64,000 nt of DNA, taken from Podarcis liolepis (lineage: Eukaryota). Location of the stretch: NCBI GenBank assembly GCA_965112155.1, contig OZ218099.1; one strand, written 5' to 3'. Each line of letters begins with the position of its first letter. Positions within the stretch are counted from its first letter, which is position 1. Made by a program: the position numbers and the translations under genes. The notes under the pieces are model-generated. The model saw only the letters and a list, made by a program, of their open reading frames with translations, made no database searches and was not told the DNA's origin. Shown here in pieces: positions 24,078 through 35,131 of this stretch.

Positions 24078-26834
24078 GTGAGTATCTCCTGCGCCTGGGG
24101 GAATTTTACATCCTTAATTAAATAACTGATTCTGAAGGGATGCTTACATGCTAAGGGTGATACCCAGTATTAGTCATACCCATTGAAATCTGTGAACTGC
24201 TGAGTGAACTGCTGTGAACTGCTGAGTGAGATCAAATGTAGCACAAGCAGGCATTCATGTATGCAATGGGGTTTCTCCTTCCTTTCTTACACCCAAAATC
24301 TGCTTTGCAGGGTTGGGGGGGGCTGTAGGGGTTGAAAACATGCCAGAAGTCCCATTGCTCAAACAAACAGACATCATAGAATGCCACCTATAGGTTTCAG
24401 TGGGTCTACCCTAAATATGACTTTGTTTGATTTAAATTTTATTGGTGATAACCATCTACTCTTGCTGATAGCCCCTTCCCTCTCCTTTTCCTGCTGGACA
24501 CTTGTTACCCAAATGTTGAAGATGGACTTAGTAGCCTTCAAGGTTTGTCATTCTTGTCTTGAAAAGCAGTCCATCCAACAGTGAATGGGTTCTTGTTCAC
24601 TGTGCTGCGAAACAAAAATGAATTTGACATTGCTGCCACGTTGTGAATTCTGGCTGTACTTACAGTATGATGTCCTGTTTAGTTGCTCACTTAGATTCCC
24701 CCCAATAGTTTTCCTCCTGCTTTGCTGCTTTTTCTGTGTGTTGCAATAAGCAGCTGCATTGCTGGTGAAATGATGATAATCTTACAAGAATTTATAGTTT
24801 GTATCAGAAATCACTCTGAAGAATCTTAATCCTTGTTTTCTTTCAATTTCATGGTATGTGTATGTGCACAAGATTAGATTCCTTTTACTTGTGAGTGCTT
24901 CAAGTGTTTATGTAGTTCTGTGTCTTATATGTAGGTAGATTCCTCACAAATGCCTCTTTATCAGGAAACGGGTCTTTTTAATTGACCTTTTTATTAGCTT
25001 TTTTTAAGTAGTATTCCAATATACTACTAAATTACAATAGAATTTTCTCTGTTCTGTGATAGAAACTGCATGTTTTAAAGCATCCATGTCAAAGGAACCT
25101 GCTTTGACATAAGTGGCAGATAGCTGATTGCATCTAAGCACAAAATAATAATAACTGGGATAGGAAGTGGGGGGCAAGGACAAGTAAATTAAAGGAATTC
25201 TCTCTTACTGAACAATAAAACCAACCAAAGTACTGTGGAACTAGAGTTATGGATAAAAATAAATATTGCAGTTGAAGGCTGAAGGTAAACATAACTGCTG
25301 GCAATGAGGAAGTGACCCAGAGCAATATATTCAGTTTTCATTTGACTGTGCATGTACATGTTGGGGTTTTTGTGAGTGCTGACTGGATCAGTTCCCTGAG
25401 CAGCACACTGAGCAGCACACTCCTCCCCCCCCCCCCGCCGCCACTCAGTAATAATGTTGAAGCAGGAGTTAGGCCTTAGGAATATTAGCAAATGTCACAG
25501 CCTGGTTAATTATTTAAAAGAAATATTATTGCTTTATTAAATTGCGTCTAGGCCTATTTCTTCAGAATTTCTGCATGATTGAAGATTTTCTCAATGAATT
25601 TCAATAACTCTAACCCACCAGAAGGAGCTCATCAGGAAAGGCAGACATGCATTAATTACTGTCTGTACCTCCCATTTATTGCACCTGTAATTCATAAAGC
25701 CAGAGATTTAAAAAATAATAATATTGTGGCTTTCGTAGAAACAGAAGGTTTATTGCTCTGGGTGTGCAAATTCTATGACACAATTTTGGTGTCTTTGTTT
25801 TGGATTTGAACAATGCTTTATTATTTGTCAGGTCCATAGCAGCATTGATTCTTTCTCTTTTACTAGATCAAAGTGTCAGTTCAAATTTACCAGTGTCACA
25901 TAGCCTGGTTGTCATTTCTGTATTCTGTGTAGTGTCTAGCACATCACTAAATGAATGTGGAAGAATAATCAGAAGAGCTGGTAAACTGTAGATCAGCAAT
26001 AGGTGCTTTACTCTGAATTTGTCTTTCTTCTGTCATTTTCAATGTCTCTGCCATGTCACTTAGATTGTTCAGATTACTCTACCCCAGCAAACCCTGCAAC
26101 TGCTTTGGAGATGGGCCTTGGGTCTGACACATAGGAACTTAAGAAGAGCCTGCTGAATAAGGCCAATGGTCCATCTCATCCAGTATCTAGTACTCGCAGT
26201 GGTCAACCAGATGCTTAAGAGAAGTCCAGAGACAGGACCTGAGCACAACATGGTGCTGGGAAGGTGGGGTTGCAAGGGAAATGGGGAGAAGAAGTTAAGG
26301 AGGCAGCTGAGTGATAGAGACAGAAGGTGCTCTGGACATCTTTTTAATTTAAACTAATAGTGGTATGAGTAGCAATACTTCTCTTCCCCCCACCCTAAGA
26401 AAGAAAGAAAGATGTTAGCTCTGATCTAGAAAGCCCTTTGATACATGAAATTACTTTTAAACGCACTCACTTTTAAACTGGCAGCGGTTGCTTATAGTGG
26501 GCTGTTACTGAGGTTTCATCCATGTTTGTATGGAGACTTGGTTGACTGCTTGTTGGATGGCATGGAGGACCACATCTAAAAATAGCAGACTTGGAAGCCC
26601 TGTCATGTTGGCCCCCTGGATTGGGGCTATTGAGATATGTTTATGCAGAAAGTGAGAGTATGTAGGGATGGACCTCGAAGCTTAGCTAAATTCTTGAATT
26701 ATTTTCAGTCTGCATTTTTTTTATAATATGTCTGCTCTACTCAAGGCAGCTTATATAAATTAAAATCACTGTGATTATTTAAATAGGAAACGAGGTGGTA
26801 AGGGAACACCTAGTTACTATAAATTAATTCACAT

Positions 26835-27250
26835 ATCCAGGGCTTGATGAGCTGCAGCCAAAGATACGAAAGGAGCTTGCAGATGTAATCTCTGAGCCTC
26901 TTTGTACAATGTTTGAGAATTCTTGGAAAACAGGTGAGGTCTCTGAAGACTGGAGGGCGGGCAAATGTTGTCCCCATCTACAAAAAACAAAACAAAAAAG
27001 AAGACTCTGGTAACTACTGACTGGTCAGCTTGACACCGATACCAGGAAAGGTTCTAGAACAGATAATTATATGGTCTGTCTGTGAGCTTTGATTACTAAG
27101 AATCATCATGGGTTTCTTAAAAACAAGTCATGCCAGAGGTTAGATAGCTATCTGTCATTGATGCTTTAGTGGAGAATCCTGCATTTTGGGGGTTAGACTA
27201 GATGATCCCCAGAATCCTTTCAAACTCTACAATTCAATGATTCTATGATA
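26835..27250 (+). mobile_element. CR1 LINE remnant with large internal deletion
   Basis: Start of the RT region (PGLDEL...KELADVISEPL) is fused near 27135 to the CR1 3' end finishing ATTCAATGATTCTATGAT. Confidence 0.8.
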
Positions 27251-29513
27251 AAATAAATCAAAAGTAGAAGGGAAAAACATCAAAGTATATGCATTGACCA
27301 TTCACCTTTTTGTGCATGTAAGTTTGTTTATGGACTGAACATATGCAGAAGATAACTTGCTTTCTAAAGCATTTTCCAACAGCGGGTCTCATGTTTTCTG
27401 AACTTCTTCCATTGAATCTGTTGTGTAGAAAGTAATAGAGCCTTTTAAGTAAGCTAATTACAGTATGGGGAGAGAGAAATATTGAAAGACCAATGCTAAA
27501 GTCCTTTACTTTGATATTCCATTGAGTCTGATGTGATTTCCTTCCTTCCTAGTATACTGTGTAGTCTAAGATAAATTTAACTTCCATCTGAAATTACAGG
27601 TTTATTAAGGACTGTGGAATTTGTATTCTCTCTTTCTGTGTATTCTTTCCATTGCTCCCTGTGACCTTTAGAATTCCAAATGACACTGTGATAGATTATT
27701 TGAATTTTACATTTTATGCATTTTCCTCATATGTTTGGATTATGTATTTTTCTGTTTATGTACTGTAAACCACCCTGTGATCCTCTGATGAAAGGCAGTA
27801 TATAAATTAAATAAATATTAATAATAATGCAGCCAACAAAATGGAAAAGAAATGCCACAAGATCTTTGCATCCTTAGAATTATTTGCAGTTTTAAAGCAA
27901 ATCAGTGGTATCCACTGATACTGGATTAATTGGGCAATTTTCATCCTAGAAAAGCCTTCTGTCTCCCTCCCAATGTCCCTGTTTGTCTTTACTCCCCTCC
28001 CTTTCAGTGCAGTAATAACTTTCAAACACTGTATCTTGGAGCTGGGAAAGAGGAGGAGTGAATGACTGACATAAAGTCCTATTTCATGGTTTAATGTCCC
28101 AAAAGTCCTCTGGAAATGGTCTCTGTTCCCGTGCTTCAAGAATGGAAGTTGAATGCCATGTACGTAATGAGAATATTTAGACAGATTAAGTTGCTCTCTG
28201 ATGAGTTGCCTGCCTGTGCAGCATTTTTAATATTGCTCTGCAGACTCCAGCACACCTAAGTGGCTACACTGTCTGCACACAGTCTGTGGGGCCTGCATTA
28301 ACCTTCGTCCTGCACAAATTTTACTGTTACCTCATCTCTCTTGTAAATTACCTCTGAAAGTACAGCCTTGCAAAATAAACAGGCAATGGAAAATGTTGTT
28401 GAGATGCTTAAATCAGTCTCTCCGCCACCCCACCCCGCAGCCCCATTATGTTATTTGAGGCTCTGCTCTGCTTCTATTATTTTGGAAGACAACAGAAGGG
28501 TTTTGAAGTTGAACTATTCATTCATGGTACATTATCAATATGTTCTTTGTAATTCAGCCTAGGAGCTTGGGTGACAATTATATTTCACCCAGTGACCATG
28601 GTAATGTGAAATATTTATGGTTTAAGCAAATAACTTACAGTCTCACATTGTTTTCTGGTAGCTGAGTCTCATCCTCTAAAGTCAACATGATATGATTCTC
28701 TTAATTGCCCTGTAACAAGAAAGATTTGCACGGCTTCATCGCTCCTTACATACTCTTTGCATGTTACAGTTGAATTCCTTTTTTAGTGCAAGCCACAGTT
28801 TGAAACATGATTAGAAGCTGATTTGCAATCCTGGTTTGTAGGTGCAATCCATAGTTTGTCAGTTTGAATATAATGCTGACAACAGTTTGCCCCATAGAAG
28901 AAGTAATTGAATGGTTCTGATCAGGTTAAAGTTAGAGCATGGCTTTCTTATGTATTGCCAAAGCCATGCTTTGGTATCTTAAAAGATCCCCGAATTGTCA
29001 TAAACCATGTTCTGGGTCTAAAAAGGATATAGACTAGTTGTTTGGTAGTTCAATCATATCTTTTGAAATGGCACACCCGGATCTTTGCTACATGTTTCTG
29101 AATAAAGTGAGCCACTTGTATTCTGCATAAGCTGGTTTTGATTTGTGCTTTCACCGTAATAATGAAACTATGTGTGTACTGTACATTATTTTATACATTC
29201 CATTAGCACTCATATTGCTAGAATAGAGACAGTTTTAACTGGAGCAATAAGTAGCCATCCAGAGGGTTGGAGCCAGGATGCAGCACAATAATTGCAAGCA
29301 TCACCTCTGCTCTCCACCCAAACAGCTTTGCTTTCCCCCTCTGCTGTTCATCTACCTTCAGGGCACAGACGGAAAATGACTGAAGCTCCCAAGGCAGGGG
29401 AGGATAATACTGGTTTGGAAATAGGCTTTGCAGAAGGCACTCTCTCCCTCCTGGCTTTGTGCTGTTTTGAGACGTTCTGGTACATCTGTTCTTTTAGGGT
29501 TTGGGCTGAGACT

Positions 29514-29713
29514 NNNNNNNNNNNNNNNNNNNNNNNNNNNNNNNNNNNNNNNNNNNNNNNNNNNNNNNNNNNNNNNNNNNNNNNNNNNNNNNNNNNNNNN
29601 NNNNNNNNNNNNNNNNNNNNNNNNNNNNNNNNNNNNNNNNNNNNNNNNNNNNNNNNNNNNNNNNNNNNNNNNNNNNNNNNNNNNNNNNNNNNNNNNNNNN
29701 NNNNNNNNNNNNN
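29514..29713. other. Assembly gap (200 N)
   Basis: Read directly; the round number suggests a placeholder of unknown true size. Confidence 0.99.
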
Positions 29714-29780
29714 AGTAAGGCTGCCAAGGATTTAGATGTTGCCCGGATCATGGAGCAACCATAGTTTACCACAACTTTTC

Positions 29781-30080
29781 TGTTGCGAGTCGATGCCCTG
29801 CTCCCTCTTTGTGATGAAATAAGACACGTGGACACAAGTATTTTAGGTTAATGGGCTAAAAAAGGCCACAACTTTATTGTTTACAGAATGTGACTGATAT
29901 TGGCTTAGGCATTGGATCCGAACAGACTATGCTTGACTCCTGCCCGCTCTGCAGGGAGTCACACGAGGGTTAACAACCTGTAGGGGGAGCTTGTTGATGT
30001 GAATCAACTGGAAGCTTTCCCCTAGAGTCACCGGAGGGTTGTGCCATGGCCCTAGCCACCACCTGGGCATTGGACATGAG
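29781..30080 (-). mobile_element. Probable LTR remnant (Gypsy-like)
   Basis: Minus strand has AATAAAGTTGTGGCC about 90 nt before a ...CAACA terminus; locally raised CpG. The far end is unclear. Confidence 0.5.
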
Positions 30081-31327
30081 AAACTATGATTACATAGTTT
30101 CTCACTATGGTTGGTGTATCTAGCTTTCTATACTGAAGCTCTGATTGAACTTATGGAAATCACATTTGTTATGCCTGGACTGGTAGAGAGTAAGAAGTGT
30201 GCTTGGTTGTTGTTTTTCGGATCTATTTTTTTAGGGGCAAATGTTTCCCAAATGTCTCTGACATTTGAGCCCCCTTAACTTGTTGTTCTTTCTGGGTCAC
30301 CTCATCCCAGCAACATCCATGTATGCTGGATGTGTGCAGATCTCCTGGTGCACACCTGCAAACCAGTAACAGTTGTGTGAAGATCTCTGGGTTGCGATGA
30401 AAAGCTGTGAAAGATCTCCCAGCCAACCAGTCCTTCCCTGTATCAACTCCTGTTGATGCCAGTACAACCAACCCTTTCACACAAACCAGCCCTGGTGAAG
30501 GTGAGATGGTGGAGGTTTATATGGATTCTAGAAAAACAGATAGAATTGCAGAAACGTGCTCCCTCAACCCAGGTCATTGGGTTCTGTAGAGCTTTCTGCA
30601 GGGGCGGGGGAAATAATGGGGCCATAGGAATGCATGAAAATGCTGGTACTGTACTTAGAAATGGTACAATCTGAGAGACAAAGAAGACTCTAGCAGGCTT
30701 CCTTAGTCAGGGTGTCATTGTTTAGTTTAGTTACTTTTGTATGTCTGGTCTCTCCTTGTTTGCTTACAGACTTGTAAAATTTCCTTTCCCCCTCTTTGCT
30801 TTATACAAGTACAAGCCTCTAAAGGCAGTCTGTCTTCCGTGCATGTTAATATTAATTGGTATGGTTATTATCACTATTTAACCCAAATGGCCTTTGTGCA
30901 GAGGGCAAGGCTGGTTGAATGAAGCTTGTCCACAGGGACGGATTTTATAGCAGCTATCCCATCTGGCTCTGAGCAGTTCATACACACACAAAAAAATTTT
31001 GATATGAAGAGAACAGAGGCTGCCTTATACATTCAAAGGAGTCTTCTCTATTGAGATACCAAAGCTGAATATGCCAGGTACTTTCATTGTATGAAAACAT
31101 AATTAAAGGATTCATATACACTGGAGCACCATGATCAGGATAGGGACCCACCTAGTATCAAATATAGGTTTAGACCATAGCGATCAGTGAGAGCAAAAGA
31201 TGTAGCATATTTATGCTGCAGCTCAGTAACATCTTATGGGCATTTTTGTAACAGAAAACATGCAGGAAACCCTCTTTTGGGAGCCTTGTCCATTTGTCCT
31301 TGTCTCTGAGCAAATCTTTTCTGTGTA

Positions 31328-31559
31328 CAGTCATACCTCAGGATGAATACGCTTCAAGTTAAGCATTTTCGGGTTGTGCTCTGTGGCGACCCGGAAGTAA
31401 CGGAGCACGTTACTTCCGGGTTTCGCCGCATGCGCAGACGCTCAAAATGACGTCATGTGCGGAAGCGGCAAAACCAGACGCGCAGTCGCGTGTTATGTTC
31501 GCTTCAGGATGTGAACGGGGCTCCGGAATGGATCCCGTTTGCATCCAGAGGTACCACTG
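31328..31559. mobile_element. Tigger/pogo-like (Tc1-mariner) MITE
   Basis: TIRs CAGTCATACCTC / GAGGTACCACTG, TA on both sides, CpG-rich interior. Confidence 0.88.
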
Positions 31560-32526
31560 TATTGTCAGAGTTGCATGGGTCTTGCAGTGCAAGGTGGCGG
31601 CCAGCATGCATCTTGAAACAATGAATTGTATGTATAATCAATTCTGTTGTGTTGGCATAGATTTTCATTCTGATGTCATTAAATGCCAGAGATCATCAGA
31701 GTTGCAAGGGCCTTATAATTAGTTAAGATAATGCCGGTAGTTATGCTTCATGTTAATTTATATGGATATTTGCATGTACACATCAGTATGTGTTCTCTTG
31801 TATTTGCACTGAGTTTGGCCTGGAAAGTAGTGAATCCTGTTTAATGTTCATAACCGCAAAATCACAATTTAAAAAACACACCTGCAAACCACCATTTTGA
31901 ATTGTGTGGCCCTTGCAACTCTGCCAGTGGTTGTTATTTATGTATTGAGTTAAGGGGACCAGACGAGCATCTGCACCAAATTTCAGCTTTACCTGATCAG
32001 TTTCAATAAAACCATCAAAAAAATGCTTGTGGGCTAGGTGACAAACAGCCCTCATTCCTGACCTTGCCCAAAAATGACACCATAATGAAGTACACAGAGA
32101 AGCAACCACTTTGTAACACGTTGGTAGTCTTGGCTTCAGATAATATTTAACAATTTTTTGTGATAGTTAAATAAGCATCACTTGACTGGTCAGTTTACAG
32201 TATTTGATGGTTCACTTGACTGGTTGCTGACTCTAGTTTAGGCATGCTTAAGCCTTGAAAGTGCTCTTTGTTTGTTGCCTTTTAATAATTGCAGATTTAC
32301 AAAAGTTTTGGAAATAGAAGTTCTAGCATAACTGCACAAAGTAACGTGGAGTTGAGGAAGGGTATGCACACATCTTGATACAATTTTGACTAGAGCAGGT
32401 GCTAGTGTCCCTTATCTCGCTTCTGATCACTTGGGCTTTGTTTCAACACCCAATTCCCTGTTGTTGTTTTTTTTAAAAAAGGCATGATCTGCTTTTTGCC
32501 CCTGAGCAATTCAGCTCCAGGGACCA

Positions 32527-32610
32527 CGTATTCACTCCATAAGATGCACAGACATTTCCCCTTACTTTTTAGGAAGAAAAAAGTGTGTCTTATGGAGCGA
32601 AAAATACTGT
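32527..32610. mobile_element. Tc1/pogo-like terminal fragment
   Basis: Inverted repeat CTCCATAAGATGCAC / GTGTGTCTTATGGAG, ending ACTG|TA. Confidence 0.6.
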
Positions 32611-33823
32611 AAGTAATGAGCTAAATGCCTGCAACTAACTGGTTTTCTTTGCCCATACCATGATTTTGAGAAACTGATGAGTTGTCACTTGCTTCAACCA
32701 CATTAGCTTTGAGAAATCTGCTTGATTGCACTTTGCAAGTCCAGGTTGCTCCAAACACTGGGATCACCACCTATGTGATTCTGTAATTATTATTCTCTCA
32801 CCCTCTGATAGTAGAAGAATGCAGTACCTTACTTCTTGGTGTAGAACTTAGCATGCAGGCCTGTTAATATGACATTCCCTTCTTTCAGGGCCATTAGTCT
32901 TCCATTAACTTGGTAAATTCATTCTGTCAATTGCCTGCTTTTCAAAGACAACTCAGTCCTACTATTTTATAGCATTTTTCTTTCAGCCTATTATTTCCAG
33001 CCTGAACCCAAAGTTGTAGACAGACAAATGACCTGTTTGAGCTTTTGCTTAATTTGACATAGCTGAGATAGTGGCAGATTTCCTCTCCTCCCTGTTCTGC
33101 AAGTAAAACCTCAGGGTCCTTTAGAATCGGCTTCTGAGGGGATGAATTTGATTTCTTGTTTGCTTCTTGATGACACTGTTGTGTTGGGACAACAGAAAGC
33201 TCAGGTACCTTAGTGCTCCAGGGTGGGAACTGATCCTTGGATCTACATTGAAGGGAGACTTCAGGAAAATAGAAACTGCTGGCTTTAAAGGATTAGCTTG
33301 TCTCTCTTTACAGAGAGATCGATAACACACTGGACCTGAATGTGTTCTTTGTACAGAGATGTCTCTGTACTTCATGATGTGAAATTTTTCTATTCTTTTT
33401 AATTGAAGCCTGGATTATGCTGTCACTCATTCTGACTCTGAGCTTTTCTGGAGGAATGGTCTTAAGAAAGGGCTTTTGCAATCAGTTGTCCCATTCCAAA
33501 CACCATAACCATGGCCTATACAGAGAACAAATATTTGTCTTGCATTGCTATGCCAAGCGGCATAGTTTGACTACTTACTTAAGTGGCAATCCAGTCCAAA
33601 GAGCTGCAGCTCAGCTGCAGCAGTTGGGAACATATACTGAAAGTTTGCCTTGCTAAACCACAGTGTGGCAGCCTTTCAACAAAGATTTGCTGTCCTTAAA
33701 AGAATTTGGTGACGTCAAAGTATATCTAGATTAGCCAAAAGAGGGTAATTGTGTATTATAGCAATGAGTCTTATGAAGCAAGTGCTTTAGATGAAATTAA
33801 CTATTTTGATGGGGCTGCACATA

Positions 33824-34076
33824 CAGTGGTGCCTCGCAAGATGAAAAGAATTCGTTCAGCGAGTCTTTTCGTCTTGCGATGTTTTTCGTCTTGCGAAGCA
33901 CGGTCCGTCGCAACTGCGCCTCTTCAAGCGGCTTTTAAAAAAAAGCGCAAGACGTTTTCGTCTTGCGAAGCAAGCCCATAGGGAAATTCGTCTAGCGAAG
34001 CAACGCAAAACCGAAAAACCCTTTCGTCTAGCGTGTTTTTCGTCTTGCGAGGCATTCGTCTTGCGGGGCACCACTG
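33824..34076 (+). mobile_element. Tigger-like MITE, family B
   Basis: TIRs CAGTGGTGCCTCGCAAGA / TCTTGCGGGGCACCACTG, TA TSD, repeated TTCGTCT(T/A)GCG subterminal motifs. Confidence 0.92.
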
Positions 34077-34687
34077 TATTCTATATGTCTGAGATCAGGT
34101 TTATTGGGGGGGGGGGCTTTATTTTTTAAAAAGTGTGGGTACTATCTCCCAGCACTTTAGATTAAATAATATCTACAGTTCTTCATGGACATCTCATTTG
34201 AGTGACTGGAGGCAAATGAGGACAGGTCTACTCTGGTTTTAATATTTGAGTGCATGAGAGAATTTTGGTACATTCAATAATGTCAAACGGGGCAAGAAGC
34301 TGCAGTTACTGAAAATTTTTCTTAGTTGATATTACATTGGTTTGCCAGGTCTTTGAATTTAATGTTCTCTCTGTTAACAACTAATTTCATTCGCTCCTCA
34401 TGGTTCCTTGGAATTGATCCTTCTTCCATTCCAAAATTAAGTTGCTATTTCACATTATAGTAATAATAAATCTGAAAAGCTTGTGTTATGTGACTTCAAA
34501 CCTTTCTTATTGAAAAGAAAAGAAGTGACACAATTTTGGCATTAAAAGGGTACTCAGCTGTTAAACCTTCAAGGATTTTGAATTCATGGAAATCAGAATA
34601 ACTGTTTATATCCCTTTTGCCTTCTTACTTGGGTGTCATGGCTAAGATGAGATTTGAATTGGAGGCTTACAGCTTATACACTTAAAC

Positions 34688-35131
34688 CAGAGGTTTTCAC
34701 CCTTTTTAAGTCCATGGCTCCCTTAACCAACTACATTCTTTCTGAGGCACCCTTGTGGGGTTCAGGAGCCCAGTTATGTCACCCCTTGCCTGCAGAGCTG
34801 GCAGCCTCTCACCCTTTTGCAAACACCCTCCCTTGTGAAGTATTCCCTCAGCCTCCTCTCCTGTCTCCCCTCTTTGGGAGTCCTCTGGGCAGCCCCAGCC
34901 TCTGAGCTGTCCCCCCTGCCCCAAAGAGGAGGTGCCTCCCAGAGGCACCATTCGCCTGTGGAGCTTATAGCCAGGGCTGCTGCAATAATCAGCTGTGCAA
35001 GCCTTTGGGAGGCAAGAGGGCATTAGAGGATGGAGGGAAGGAAAGAGGGACAGAGGCCAGTGTTGCCTGCGGCACCCCAACCATCATTCACGCACCCCAG
35101 GGTGCTGTAGCACACTGGTTGAAAACTACTG
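34688..35131. mobile_element. Non-autonomous hAT element
   Basis: TIRs CAGAGGTTTTCA / TGAAAACTACTG; TSD ACTTAAAC / TCTTAAAC (7 of 8 match). Confidence 0.75.

Noticed and set aside
24190-24229. 22-bp tandem duplication (similar case near 16870-16915)
   Set aside because: Ordinary slippage duplication with no functional signal.
29292-29835. ORFs spanning the N run
   Set aside because: Artefacts of the assembly gap.
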